Part shown: positions 12,596 to 25,018 of the stretch, piece after piece
Numbering within the stretch: position 1 is the first letter of the stretch
Layout of the letters: each line of letters starts with the position of its first letter
From: Marsupella aquatica
Lineage: Eukaryota; Plantae; Marchantiophyta
Assembly: GCA_973895155.1 (NCBI GenBank)
Contig: OZ316897.1
Location: forward strand, 23,287,455-23,351,454
DNA length: 64,000 nucleotides
Direction of reading: 5' to 3'
The notes under the pieces: model-generated
Database searches by the model: none
What the model was told of the DNA's origin: nothing
What the model saw: the letters and a program-made list of their open reading frames with translations, nothing else
Made by a program: the position numbers and the translations under genes

Positions 12596-15500
12596 AGGAC
12601 GACATGGTGGCCCTAGAGACTAAACTCCAACAACTGCAACCTCAGGTAACGGCCACGGAGGATCAGGTTGCCAAAGCTAGGGCCCGGGCAGCCTTAGCAG
12701 AGCAGGCCGGGTTCAGAAAGGACGCCGAGATCGCACGTTTCCGGACCCAGATTGACGGTTTGAAGGGCCAAGCCGTCATTTGGCAGAAGGATCTGGAGGA
12801 GGCTGACTCTCGGTCCCAGTGAGACGCAGCCGAGATAGACGCCCTGAAGGCGAAAGTGGCACGGCTTCAAGGAGAAGCCACGAAGCAGGCCCAGTTGGTG
12901 GATAAGCTGACGAGTGACGCCCAACAACTGGAGGAGGCATGCCAGGAGGCCGCGGCAAAGCGAGAGAATGAATCTCTGTTGGACCAGGTCTAGCTACTCA
13001 AACAGGACGCCGATAGACTCAGGAGGCAGCGGGATAGTCGCTCCCACTTGGGCGGCTTTGGCAAGCATGCCAGGCATTAGCGGTAGAGTAGGATTAAAAT
13101 AGAGCTAGGAGTAGCTAAATCAGGCTATAGGGACAAGCGTCTGCCCTAGTTAAAGCGGCGCTGCCATATTGTCCGGCCTGCGTAGATTAGAATCTTCTAA
13201 TAAGACAAGCCATTTAATTTATGGCCTGACAGCCAGCTTAGTTAGGATTTTAGTTAGTGAATATTTGGGCACGGGGCCCCTTTGGTCCTCGGCCCTTAGT
13301 ATTTAGTGCACCCCTCGATAGAGCCAGGGGGTTTTTTAATCTCAGAGTTGGACATCCGCGGTATGTGCGGTGAGTCCCAACCTCTGTGAGTAGAAGAGTA
13401 CCAAGGGGAGGGGGTATGACTAAGCTCGCTAGGCAAGTGCGGAGCCGGACTCCGTTGTAGTGCACGCCCCTTGGCCTTGGACCTATCCATTCAAGAGCTG
13501 TCGAGTCAAATAAGTGTAAGTGTATGTCGACTCATGAAGTAAAATCTTTTCCCATTATTTCCTTCGTGTAAACCGAGATTGTATACCTGTGTGTGTGTAT
13601 GTATGAATCTCATGTATGGGTACCAATGCTTGGCCGAGCGCACTGCCCGAGCTGTGCACGGGTGCAGGTTGCGGATGAGTGGCTGCAAGCCCGGGGTGAG
13701 TGCCCGTATCAGCAAAACCAGATCAAAGGCGGACAACACAAAGGCTTAGAATCTTGTAAGAAGCCGGGGTCGATCCCGCTTTTGACTAAGGTACGTTCCG
13801 GTGGCGGAACACAAATCATACCTAGGAAGTGTATGTAAGTAACAGTAGTCGCACTTAGCGCTAGATTACGGGAGTTAGGTGCAGTCCGTGCGTCCCTCCT
13901 TGCCCAAACCCTCATACTAACGAAGGATGTGCCTGTCTAAGCCAAAGCTCGGGTTAAGGCCTAGGTGATGATGTGACAAGGAGCTTCAGGAGGAGTTAGC
14001 TAAGACGAAGGAGGCATGGACGGCTGAGGTCACAAAGTTGGAGGCCATCAACAACTCGCAGAAAGCAGCTTTAGATAAGAAGGAGTTTGAGATCGTGTAG
14101 ATCTTAAATGAGGAGCTAAAGACCGCCAAGGAAGAGGTCCTGCGGCTTAACAATGAAGTAGAAGACTTATCTCAGGAGTTGGAGGAGGCCAAGGAGAAGA
14201 TGATTGGGTTGCAGAGGCGTGCTGACAATCAAACTGAGAAGCTAAAGAAGTATGCCAAAGCGGGACAAGGGTCACCAACTGGAAGGCTTCCCGTCAATGG
14301 CATGGTAAATCTGGCAAAAACATTCATTGGGCCGGCAGGGAATAATGGAATGCCCCTTAAGGCCACGTACGCCAGAAGAGGTCAAAAGCATGGCCGCTCA
14401 CATTTGTTGTACTATAGCCGTGAAGGCAGCTGTGGTGGAGGTAAGTAATGCGGATCAACTTGGAGCTGCGGTGACAGGTTCTGACACTGGTACTGCTTCC
14501 ATGGATTACAAGAACGTACATGAAGCCGTGGGTGATCAAGACCGAGCACATTGGGGAGCAAGCTTGAATAGAAGAAGTGAAGGCCAATGCTATGCAAGTC
14601 GTTGCCAATGAGGATGCTGCCGATATCGATGCCGCAAAATTAGAACCCGAAGCCAAAGCAAAGGAAGCCGAGGGGATCAAGCCGAAGCCAAACATAGAGG
14701 AATGCGCAGAGTCGGAAGGTTTGGGATTGTCTTTGGTCATCTGACAATTAAGGTAGGCCAGTCATCAGTTGAAAGGAGGACGTGGCGGAAGGAGAAGGGC
14801 TTGGGCCAAAAGGGCGCGGCCGTTGTAGGATATTGACAGGGCAAGTGGTGCTTTGTTGGCTTATATTGCTTAGATAGTATTAAGAGTCCGGGTCCCTCAG
14901 CTTTCCGGCTTAGTCAGGTTGAATTTGTTTTAGATTAATAAACAAGAATATCACGATGGAAGGTTGTGATTGAGTGGTTAGGATTTTTGTGGTTCTTTGA
15001 GGTTACGCTGCAAGGATAAAAACCTGGGCAGCGTGGCTCGGGGGCTTTTTCTTAGTCAAGGCTTTAGTATAAATGTGTATTGTTGTGAGCACAGGAAGCT
15101 CTCGGCAAAATCTAGACCGCAGGGTATCAGTAAACCACAAGTTCCCATGGATTTTTGTGCAATTGTTTGAATTGAGTCACTTGGCCTTGTTGCCTAGTTT
15201 GCAGACTCTTGCCGACCAAGAAGTTGTGTGTTGTGATATTTGTTGCTTGATCGATTTAAGTCAGATAGAGTGAAACTGTTGAGCAAGGTACGATCGTATT
15301 GTCTTGATTGGAAACTGCCAAATCAAACTCTGAGAGAAAAGTGAGATATTGATAGTGTTAGTCAGTTAAAGTGTGGGTTGAGTCCGTCTGAAAAAGACCT
15401 TCAGCCGGCTTAAAAAAATTAAGCCGTAGAGGTACATTCCTGGGGCGGAATACAAATATACCCGATGAAGTCAAGGAGAAATTAGGTGTCTCTACAGTGC

Positions 15501-15670
15501 ATGATTCACAAGTCCAGTGAAAGAATCAGTCCAGCAAAGTGTGGATCAAAGGATAGCCGCGTTTCCAAGCCAGATAGCTGCCAAACTCCTAGAAGCCAGA
15601 CATAAATCAGTGGTTTATGATCGGTTGCTGCTAGTTCTTGGGGTTAGAGGTGTCGGGAAACGTGCCACAA

Positions 15671-16450
15671 CAACATTTTGAGGTGAGGGCAAGATGTGGA
15701 GGTGAGGGCAAGATTTCAAGTGAGGGCAAGATGTTGAGGTGAGGGCAAGATTTCTAGGTGAGGGCAAAATGTCGATCGAGGTGAGGGCAAGATTCTGAGT
15801 GAGTGCTGGATGTTGAGGTGAATGCAACATTTTGAGGTGAGGGCAAGATGTGGAGGTGAGGGCAAGATTCCAAGTGAGGGCTAGATGTCGAGGTGAATGC
15901 AACATTTTGAGGTGAGGGCAAGATGTGAAGGTGAGGGCAAGATGTCGAGTGAGGGCAAGATGTTGAGGCAAGCCGGGGCAAGATGTCGAGGAGAGACAAA
16001 GATATTGAGGAGAGGGTAAGATGTCGAGTACATGCAAAGATGTTGAGGGGAGGGAAAGATGTCAAGGAGAGGCAAAAATGTTTAGATGAGGGCAAGATGT
16101 CGAGGCAAGGGCCAGATGTTGAGGTGAGGGCAAGGTGTCAAGGAGAGACAAAGATGTTGAGGAGAGGGTAAGATGTCGAGGAGATGCAAAGATGTTGAGG
16201 CGAGGGCAAGATGTTGAGGAGAGACATAGATGTTGAGGCGAGGGCGAGATGTCGAGAGGAGGAAAAGATGTCAAGGAGAGACAAAAATATTTAGATGAGG
16301 GCAAGATGTCGAGGAGAGGCAAAGATGTTGAGGCGAGGGCAAGATGCATGTCAAGGAGAGGGTAAAATGTTGAGGAGATGCGAAGATGTTGAGGCAAGGG
16401 CAAGATGCCAAGGAGATGCAAAGATGTCGAGGCGAGGGCAAGATGTCGAG
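15671..16450. repeat. About 19-bp-unit satellite (gatgtYgaggYgagggcaa variants)
   Basis: Dozens of tandem degenerate copies, which generate several spurious repetitive ORFs. Further remnants at about 16790-16915. Confidence 0.9.
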
Positions 16451-17333
16451 GGGAGCAAAAGAGGTCAAGCGAGGTCAAAGCAAGGTCAAAGCAAGGCAAA
16501 AGACAGATAATTATGGAGAAAGCTAGACAATGTTTAGAAATAAATTAAAGCAAAAGCAAAAAGACAGGCACAAAAGGCAAAGGGGGAGAAATTCAACACA
16601 CCAAAAGGGAGTTAGAGGAGATAGTATCCAGAGCTATTAATGGAGTTTTGCAGATCAAGGGTCAACAAAAAACTTATTTTCCATCCAATGGTCGAGGTTA
16701 AATCCGGCTCAATCTTGCAATTGTAAGCAGATGATGCCCACAAATGGATGGGGTCCCTTATTGTGTGATAGCCCGATGCCCAGAAGAATTTGAGGCAAGG
16801 CAAGGATGTAGAGGCAAAGGAAAGATGTCAAGGCATGGCAACAATGTCGAAGCGAGTGAACATGTCAAGACAAAAGCAAGTCAAAGATGTTGAGGCACAA
16901 CAACAATGTTGAGGAGGGAAACACTTTTTGTTTTAATGTTCAATTCTTCAAGTTTTTGATAAATGAGTATTTTTATGCACAAAAAACTATAAGTTTTCCA
17001 TCATGGGAAAGCTCTTGGCTGGCAAAAATATTATCCCCTCTATCATTTTCTTGCTTTGTAGTTTTTTCATGTCCTCAACTTTATTTTACTTCTTTTTTTC
17101 CCTTTATCTTAGTAAACCAACCCTCTCCCCTCACACTCCTTGTGGCTTTTCCCCTTTATGTGCGTTATTCATGATACCTTGGGAGAGTTATACATAATCA
17201 TACTCCATGCAAAATACAAAAAGTTTGACATGCCCCAAAAGTTTCTGGTTGGGATGTGTGTAATTTAATAAAAGAGAATACATTTTAGATGATGTCACAT
17301 AAGAATGTACATAAGAATCATCTCATGTAGTCT

Positions 17334-17491
17334 GTATTCTACTATAAAGAGAAGTATATCATTTGACACTCCTGGTTAATCAATCCAAGAGTACACAAAA
17401 AACTTAAAAATAGTATTCTACTATAAAGAGAAGTATATCATTTGACACTCCTGGTTAATCAATCCAAGAGTACACAAAAAACTTAAAAATA
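17334..17491. repeat. Tandem duplication of about 79 bp
   Basis: gtattctactataaagag...cttaaaaata occurs twice head to tail. Confidence 0.85.
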
Positions 17492-19062
17492 ATCTGACGG
17501 CTTAGGTTGATTCCCTCCATTTTTAAGTTTGTAAGTAAACGAAAGTACTTTTTGGCAGCATTGCATATTATAGATGTAGATCACCGTGAGGATAGGTTTT
17601 GAAATCCAATGAGAATTTTATATATAGGTGTAATTAAAGGTTTCTTTTAGGCTAGCCAGTGTAAATTCATGCTAGCAAGGTTGTTTTCATGCCAAATTTT
17701 GGGTATTGCAAATAGAAAATGTGCCAAAAAAATTTACTGTTTCCTCGCAAGCTACAATGACCCACGCAAGCTACAATGACCCAAGTGGCATTCCAATGTC
17801 AAGAACATTAAATTTAGTGGTGACCCGAGTGGCAATCCAATGTCAAGAACATTAAATTTAGTGGTTGATTGCTGCCTGAATGTTTTTGGATTAATTCAAA
17901 GGAAGAATGGTGTCTTTCCACCAGGAGTCTTCAACACCTCACCCAAGCAAATTCAAGCCAAAAAGAAGAGATAACAGATTAAGCGCAGCTACTATGGTAA
18001 CAGCAGGAGTTTTTATGATAGCAAGGTGTTCTCCTTCATTTGAATACTTACCTAATGCTCTGACTGTTATTACTTCTCTCTCAAGACCATCTACACATGA
18101 ATCTATTTTCTTGAAGTAGGCATGGGCCCAGCAGAAGCAACAGACGCATGCTACTCCACTATGCCTTGCAGAACTATGCTCCCTTCGACGTTCACGCGCA
18201 CGGTCTATGAGCTTTCGGATTCAATCATGCCGTCAACGTAGCAAAGTTTCTACTGCAAATACAGTCCACTTTCCTGCCTTGTCCGATAATCCTTCACGAT
18301 AGTACTGTACAGTGCATCATTCCATTCTCGCGTCATTTGAGAATTATTCCCTTACGCCTTCCCTAACTCCAGAGTAGCTAACAAGCTTTCGAGCACGTTT
18401 CACGACCGTATCTTGCGAATCTGAGAAGCTCAGACAGTTGAGATGCAGATGGAACTTCATATCGTTTTGGTCGAATCCAGACTGTCAACTCCCTTTGAAG
18501 CAGAAGAACATGGCCACTTTACTAGAATTGAATTATCTAATCTTCGACATGGATGTATTCGAAGATCTGAATACATCCATCAGTCTCGGCCAAAGGCTTC
18601 CTGCAAGTCGATGAACTCGAAGACTCATTGCTTGAAGTTTTCTGCTGGTGGAGGTCGCCATCCGCGCATTTGATCTTTATGCCCTTGATTTTCGTCTCCT
18701 GTCACTAATGGGAGTTCCCTTCCAGTACCATGTTCACAGCAAGGCAGCTACTGTATGCAAACTCTTCTTTTGATCTAAGGACAATACTCAACTAAGATGT
18801 CAAAAGAGGTTTCTACATATCAAGCCAACAGCTTGATTTCACGCACCTATAATTTCGAAACTCAAAACGAAACTTGCGTGACATTTCTCTTACATGAAAT
18901 GGTCTTTCAGCCAGAAGAGGGCTAGGTACAAACCCCAATTGCAGAATCTCAAAATTAATGTTACAGAATTGCGACACCCAAAACCTGATTGTATCTGCGC
19001 TGCCAGTGACTACTGATTTGAAGTCACTTTCCAGCCAGCCCAACACAGCTTTCAATCTGGGT

Positions 19063-21927
19063 TCACCAGTAATCACCACAAGAACACATTCCATCTTTAA
19101 AATGGTGGAACCGATTTGCATCCCTTGCAATAATCTCGCGTCCGGTCACCTTAGAGATATACTTGGTTGCTGAGTGGCAGTCTGAACACACCCGAAGGTT
19201 CTTACTCACACGAATAGGTTCTCCCCAAGGTAGGTGCATAAGTCCGTAAGCAATAGCCAACTTCTCACTATGAGAGCAAAGGGCTAGCTCTTTATCCTCT
19301 TCACTGATATCATGCAATACAAGCTGGGTATCCGGAATGTAGCCTTCCGCCTTCAGTTTTTCACTCAATTTATTCAGCTCAGTATAGATCGCCTCCGCTT
19401 CTGGGTGAGATGTATCCCCCACCACAAATTCATGGATCTTGTTATGAACTTCGATCCAGCTACGTCCTGGCTCCTTCCGAACACCTCTCTCTTGCATCAT
19501 AGTGCGCACAGATGACACCTTCTCCCACTTCCCAGCTGCAGCATAGATATTGGAGAGCAGCACATATGTAGAGGCCTTACCGGGTTCCAACTTGAAAAGC
19601 TCGTTAGCGGCCAGTTCACCCAGCTCCACGTTACCGTAAGTTCTACAAGCCCCAAGCAAGGCTGTCCAAGTTACATCATCTGGTTCGATCGGCATCTCAC
19701 TGATCAACTGCTTTGCTTCTTCCACGTGTCCCGCCCGCCCAAGAATATCCACCATAAGGGTATAGTGAAAAACAGTACGCTCGATACCATAATCTTGCGT
19801 CATAGCAGAAAAGATTCTACGGCCATCATCAACAAGGCCTCCATGAGAACAGGCTGACAACACAGCTGTGAATGACGTCTCGGTGGGCTTCACATGGTCT
19901 GCATTCATTTGTCTGAAAAGTTCCAGGGCTTCCTGCCCATATCCGTGTTGTGCAAGTCCACCGATCATTATGTTCCAAGTGACTACATCGCGTTTCTCCA
20001 TTCTGTTAAAAACAAGTCGGGCGTCAGCTATACTGCCACTCTCTGCATACATGTGAACGAGTGCACTACCCACACGCAAATCCGACTCCAGTCCGGCTTT
20101 GCTAGCGTGGCCATGAACCTCCTTCACCCACTCCAAAGCCCCCGCACTTGCAGATGCATTCAGAATACTCGCATAAGTGAATGCATCTGGTTCAAAGCCC
20201 TCCCGTCTCATTTGGAGAAACAACCGATATGCTTCATGCCCAGATCTATGTTGTGCAAGCCCTCCTATCATTACAGTCCATGTGATTACATCGCGTTTCT
20301 CCATTCTATCAAAGACCAGTCGGGCATCATCTATACTGCCAATCTTCGCATACATGTGAACGAGTGTATTGCCCACACGCAAATCCGACTCCAGTCCGGC
20401 TTTGCTAGCGTGGCCATGAACCTCCTTCACCCACTCCAAAGCCCCCGCACTTGCAGATGCATTCAGGATGGTCATATAAGTGATTTCATTTGGTTCGAAG
20501 CCTTGGCGTCTCATTTCAAGAAACATTCGATATGCTTCATGCCCACATCCATGTTGTGCAAGTCCCCCGATCATTACGTTCCATGTGACTACATTGTGTT
20601 TCTTCATTCTCTCAAAAACAAGTCGGGCGTCATCTATACTGCCACTCTTTGCATACATGTGGACCAGTGCAGTGCCCACACGCAAGTCTGACTCCAGTCC
20701 AACTTTGCTAGCATGCCCATGAACCTCCCTCACCCACTCCAAAGACCCCGCACTTGCAGACGCATTCAGGATGCTCACATAAGTGACTGCGTTTGGTTCG
20801 AAGCCTTCCCGTCGCATCTGGAGAAACAATCGATAAGCTTCATGCCCACCTCCGTGTTGTGCAAGTCCACCGATCATTACAGTCCATGTGACTACATCGC
20901 GTTTCTCCATTCTGTCAAAAACCAGTCGGGCGTCACCTATCCTGCCACTCTCTGCATACATGTGAACCAGCGCAGAGCCCACACGCAAATCTGACTCCAG
21001 TCCCGCTTTCCTAGCGTGGCCATGAACGTCCTTCACCCATGCCAAACCCCCATCACATGCGGATGCATTCAGGATGCTCGTATAGGTGATTGCATTTGGT
21101 TCGAAGCCATCCCGTCTCATTTGGAGGAATAGTCGATATGCTTCCACACCATCACCACGTTCTGCACATGCTCCAATCATAACATTCCATGTAATGACAT
21201 TTCGATTGGTCAACTTTTCAAAAACTGTCCTTGCCTCGGTGATACAGCCACATTTTGCGTACATCAGTACGAGAGCAGTCCCTACACGCACGTCCGATTC
21301 AAAGCCGGCCTGTCGAATATGCTGATGAATTTCTTTTCCGCAATTGAGAGCTAATGGGCTTGAACATGCATTCAAGATGCTCAGATACGTGATCTCATTC
21401 GGCTTCACGCCTTCTTGGCGCATTAGATTGAAAATTTCGAGTGCAGATTCAGCATGATCACTCCTAGCGTATCCCGCAATCATGCTGGTCCAAGTAATAA
21501 CACATTTCTTCTGAATTTGATCAAAAACTCTACGTGCATCCGATAATCCTCCGCATTTTATATACACATTCAAAAGCGTGATTGCCACATATGGATTTTC
21601 GTGAATTCCACTCTCGATGATGCAATCATGAATTTGCTTGGCTACTGAAAGGTCTTTCTGTTGCAAGCACATTTGCAGAACTTTAACATATGTGTACGAG
21701 TCTATAGCAATGCCTCGCTGGAGACGATCTTTCAACATAGCAATTGTTTGACCCATGGTATTAGGATGCATATGCCTCCTGCCAATCCCTTTTGCAGTGA
21801 CTTGAGACCGATCTCTCGTGCAATAACTAACATTAGATGGAAATCTGCAGTGAGTAACCAAATTCGCCCTTGCCTTAACCCACGCTGGGGTTGACCATCC
21901 ATCCACCCAAAGTGCTAGTCTTGTCAA
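19063..21927 (-). CDS. PLS-class pentatricopeptide repeat protein with E and DYW deaminase domains (organellar C-to-U RNA editing factor)
   Basis: Uninterrupted ORF of up to 954 aa with repeated P-L-S motif triplets, PG box (KEPGRSWIEV), HSEKLA, CSDCH and terminal CSCGDYW. The true start is uncertain: the ORF track uses TTG and the first in-frame ATG is at 21771. Confidence 0.97.
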   Translation of the reverse strand: MTRLALWVDGWSTPAWVKARANLVTHCRFPSNVSYCTRDRSQVTAKGIGRRHMHPNTMGQTIAMLKDRLQRGIAIDSYTYVKVLQMCLQQKDLSVAKQIHDCIIESGIHENPYVAITLLNVYIKCGGLSDARRVFDQIQKKCVITWTSMIAGYARSDHAESALEIFNLMRQEGVKPNEITYLSILNACSSPLALNCGKEIHQHIRQAGFESDVRVGTALVLMYAKCGCITEARTVFEKLTNRNVITWNVMIGACAERGDGVEAYRLFLQMRRDGFEPNAITYTSILNASACDGGLAWVKDVHGHARKAGLESDLRVGSALVHMYAESGRIGDARLVFDRMEKRDVVTWTVMIGGLAQHGGGHEAYRLFLQMRREGFEPNAVTYVSILNASASAGSLEWVREVHGHASKVGLESDLRVGTALVHMYAKSGSIDDARLVFERMKKHNVVTWNVMIGGLAQHGCGHEAYRMFLEMRRQGFEPNEITYMTILNASASAGALEWVKEVHGHASKAGLESDLRVGNTLVHMYAKIGSIDDARLVFDRMEKRDVITWTVMIGGLAQHRSGHEAYRLFLQMRREGFEPDAFTYASILNASASAGALEWVKEVHGHASKAGLESDLRVGSALVHMYAESGSIADARLVFNRMEKRDVVTWNIMIGGLAQHGYGQEALELFRQMNADHVKPTETSFTAVLSACSHGGLVDDGRRIFSAMTQDYGIERTVFHYTLMVDILGRAGHVEEAKQLISEMPIEPDDVTWTALLGACRTYGNVELGELAANELFKLEPGKASTYVLLSNIYAAAGKWEKVSSVRTMMQERGVRKEPGRSWIEVHNKIHEFVVGDTSHPEAEAIYTELNKLSEKLKAEGYIPDTQLVLHDISEEDKELALCSHSEKLAIAYGLMHLPWGEPIRVSKNLRVCSDCHSATKYISKVTGREIIARDANRFHHFKDGMCSCGDYW

Positions 21928-22383
21928 CTTCTGATTGAACTCAGGTGCTCTGGGCTTCCTCTGTCAGCACCACAACCCACGATCAGATCTGCTACCAGGA
22001 TAAAATCCAGGAGATTCCACGAGGTGCAATGAATTTGTGGTTATTTCTTGACGGCTATGTTCCCAGTGATCTTTTTACAATGAGTGTTCAGAAATGGATA
22101 GCAGACCGGTAAGCCTCTCGAGTTCTAGGGTGCATTCCTACCTCCGTCCAAAGATGTATTTTCTTGTCTCCCTTGCTCTGCTGTGATGTTTGGTACTGAT
22201 AACTTGCAAAAGTTACATGACTCCTTTCCAACTGAGAGTAACGGGTATCTGTCAAGAATGCAATGATCTTAGAATAGAATATTGAAATAATTGTGAAAGG
22301 CTTATCCAGGTATCAACAAGCTCGTTCCTTCTCCCGTATTTCACTGTACCCACAGAAAGGACAGAGTCAAGAGCCTATCGAAT

Positions 22384-22642
22384 TGGTACTAAAATACTTC
22401 AGCCAGAAGTCACATGTTATCCTTGGGTTGTGTACAGGATCTTAGGGCATCTTGACAGGCGTTCATTTGTAAGTTGCCTACACTGTCCTTTCTGCGCTAT
22501 ACACAAACCATGGTACTAAAATACTTCAGCCAGAAGTCACATGTTATCCTTGGGTTGTGTACAGGACAGACTCTTAGGGCATCTTGACAGGCGTTCATTT
22601 GTAAGTTGCCTACACTGTCCTTTCTGCGCTATACACAAACCA
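22384..22642. repeat. Tandem duplication of about 127 bp upstream of the PPR gene
   Basis: tggtactaaaatacttcagcc...tacacaaacc is repeated, with a 5-bp indel. Confidence 0.85.
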
Positions 22643-25018
22643 GAATCTCAGGTTTCTGAAAAGAGAGTACTTAGAAATAAAGCCTAGCCATCATCTGTAG
22701 AATCCATCGTGATTAGACACAGATGACATGAACGTGAAAGCGCTTCCCTCCCTCTCCTACAATTCAGAAATAAAGGCTATCCATCATTCTTGAACTTGGC
22801 TCTTATACAATCCGTGAAGAGACACATACGACATGAATGTAACAGCTCTTCAGTCTCATTACCTGAAGGCCGTGTACAAGAACAATGGCGGATGCCAATA
22901 CCAATCAAACTGGAAGATGAAGGATAAACTCTGCAAATCAAACGTCTTTGTTGAGAATGTATTGAAGGTCGTTTGGTCACATCAAATCCAACAAAATGAC
23001 ATTCATACAAACTAATCATACCTGGCTGAGGACTGTTGCCTAAAGCGGTCCATATCCAAAAGTTCCATCGAGTCAGCTCCGTTCCCGTGCCGGGAATACG
23101 GAGCTCAATGGTACAGTTTTGAGAAATACGATCTTACCTGTTTGACAAAGGTTCAAATCAGTCTAAGTAGTGCAATCTTGCAGAGCCCTCAAATTTCAAG
23201 TCTCATCTTTCCTTCCCATGGACTAAGGAAAGAATATTCATTACGCGAAGGCTCTGTCGGGGAAACCTTGCCCGGGCAGAGGAATCTCAGCTCAGCGTAA
23301 CAGTTGGAGGAAGCCCTAGAAGCATAGCAGTAGCGGTATCTTCTCCAGGATCAATTCCTCCTGGTGGACTCTTTTAAGAATCATCCCAGCTTTGCCATCA
23401 AAACTTGAGAATCAAAACTACAAATTTTGAGAAGAAAAAGTATGAGAAGATCTTCCATCCAAACCCCAAAGCAACCCACCGTCATACCTGCACATTGCCC
23501 TCTGAAAAACTATGGCGCGAGTGCTCTTGTTTATCGCCCTCCAGGAAAGAACCCTTTCCAACTGAAGTGTCCTGCATACCAAACGAAGAATTGACGACAT
23601 TTCTTCAAAGAAGAACTTGTGAACAAGTGTTATGCAGACCGTGTAAGTAGCAAATTGGGCAGGCTCGACAATTCGTTCAGAACAACAAGTTGAAGCAAGT
23701 GGCAACAAAATTGGTCTAGATTGTGACGGGAAATCAGGAGACGGGCAGCAGGAGACGTCATGCAAGAAATGAGCAGGACTTGAACCAGGATGGACAGTAT
23801 CCCGGGCTGAAAAAGAGATTCTGTCCCGCTTCCTTGGGCGCTCAGAGGTGAGAAGTATAGTTGCCCAGCAATCTCAGGTCGAAACGCAGAAGAACATCCA
23901 GTATAGCTAGGGCTTTACTAGGAATTCTCTGCCCAAAGGACATACGAGAGGCCGTGTAAAAGTGGTAACGCGAACCTAACAGGGATCACTGGATTCGTCA
24001 GCATGTAGCTACGCACAGCTCGATACCAACTCCCCGAGAAGCAACTATAGCAATTCAGCAATCCGAAACCACTACTACAAGTAATTCTTAGCAGATTGTG
24101 AATTCTACAAGGATTGTTAGCTTTAAATTAACTGCTGAACCACCATTGGGGTATGGCTACCATGCGAGGAAACAGGACAAAATTTGCTAGTACCAGTAAA
24201 TTTTTTTCTGTTATGAGTAAAAAGACTCCTTGTAATGGGTCTTTTTTTCCTCATACCAAGGTTTGGACTTGTTGGCCGCTAGTAACAATATAGCATGGTC
24301 ATCTGGAACATGCTTTATTTTTTGTCTTGTAGTGATGTGAAAGTAAATAAAATATGATAGCATAGAAGTGCTGTTATATAAGTAAAGTGTCTGCCAAGAA
24401 AAGCACAGTGACCAAGAAAAGGTACAGTCAAACGATGCTAGGATGTGTGCACTTAACTCAGGGTGCCTTATGAATGACACTCCTTTCAATAAAAACCATA
24501 AACCTAAGAAAGAAAAAGATGAGGAGAACTTAAGAGGCTATGCGTTCATTTCTCTCACTTGTGGTGGTGGAGCCTTTGGTTTCATCTCTAAGAAAACACA
24601 TACTGTGAAAGGGGGCTGCCAAAATAAGTTCAAAACACTCTAGAATATCTAAAACTAAAGGGGTCTAAAAATTAATTAAAAATGTATAGAATACAAAGGC
24701 TTCCCCTTGATAAGGCAGATTGAAATGAAAATACATGACACAAAAATCTGAATAAGACAAAATCTGAAATGTGCATTCACCATATAGCAGCTTCAAAAAT
24801 TTCACAACTAGCCGCTAGTAACAACAAGCCTAGCGAAAACCCATTTGTGATTCGTTAGAACAAAGACACAAAATGTGCAAGACACGAGAGCGTACACGAG
24901 AGCGCTAGGAAAAGCAGTATTCAGTATTCTGCAGATGAACTGCAACTCCCCCAAAGGGCAAAGATAAAGGGCACGATCAACCCCGCAAACAGGAGACCCC
25001 GAGCCAGGGCACGGCAGA

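Larger units (their letters stand above)
2886..13978 (+). mobile_element. Family C TG...CA element (about 3.95 kb after removing nested B and A), with a degenerate PMD-like plus coiled-coil ORF
   Basis: Termini tgtgacgcc...gatgtgaca match those of the TSD-flanked copy at 44660-46264. Left flank is gcaag; the right TSD appears partly deleted, and removing the element restores the host frame KYGRSK|ELQEELAK. ORF pieces 3347-4080, 6547-7923 and 12601-~13100 join in frame. Confidence 0.8.
966..15669 (+). mobile_element. Family D: degenerate, 5'-truncated relative of family A, interrupted by element C at 2886-13978
   Basis: Translated pieces align by eye to the family A ORF (IWLPW..DLLDFVGCWE..LTP..FFALP..NKTKVEQRKTLPD; PVPGVRTLGRF; RAKEYGDMCGLLALEIFGNELESGPF; LQRRADNQTEKLKK). 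The 3' non-coding motifs match A and the element ends ...cgtgccaca like A's ...cgcaccaca. Many stops and frameshifts. Confidence 0.7.

Noticed and set aside
15615-16510. Several 60-145 aa ORFs on both strands
   Set aside because: Translation artefacts of the ~19-bp satellite.
22700-24200. Short ORFs upstream of the PPR gene
   Set aside because: No recognisable motifs or consistent exon structure.
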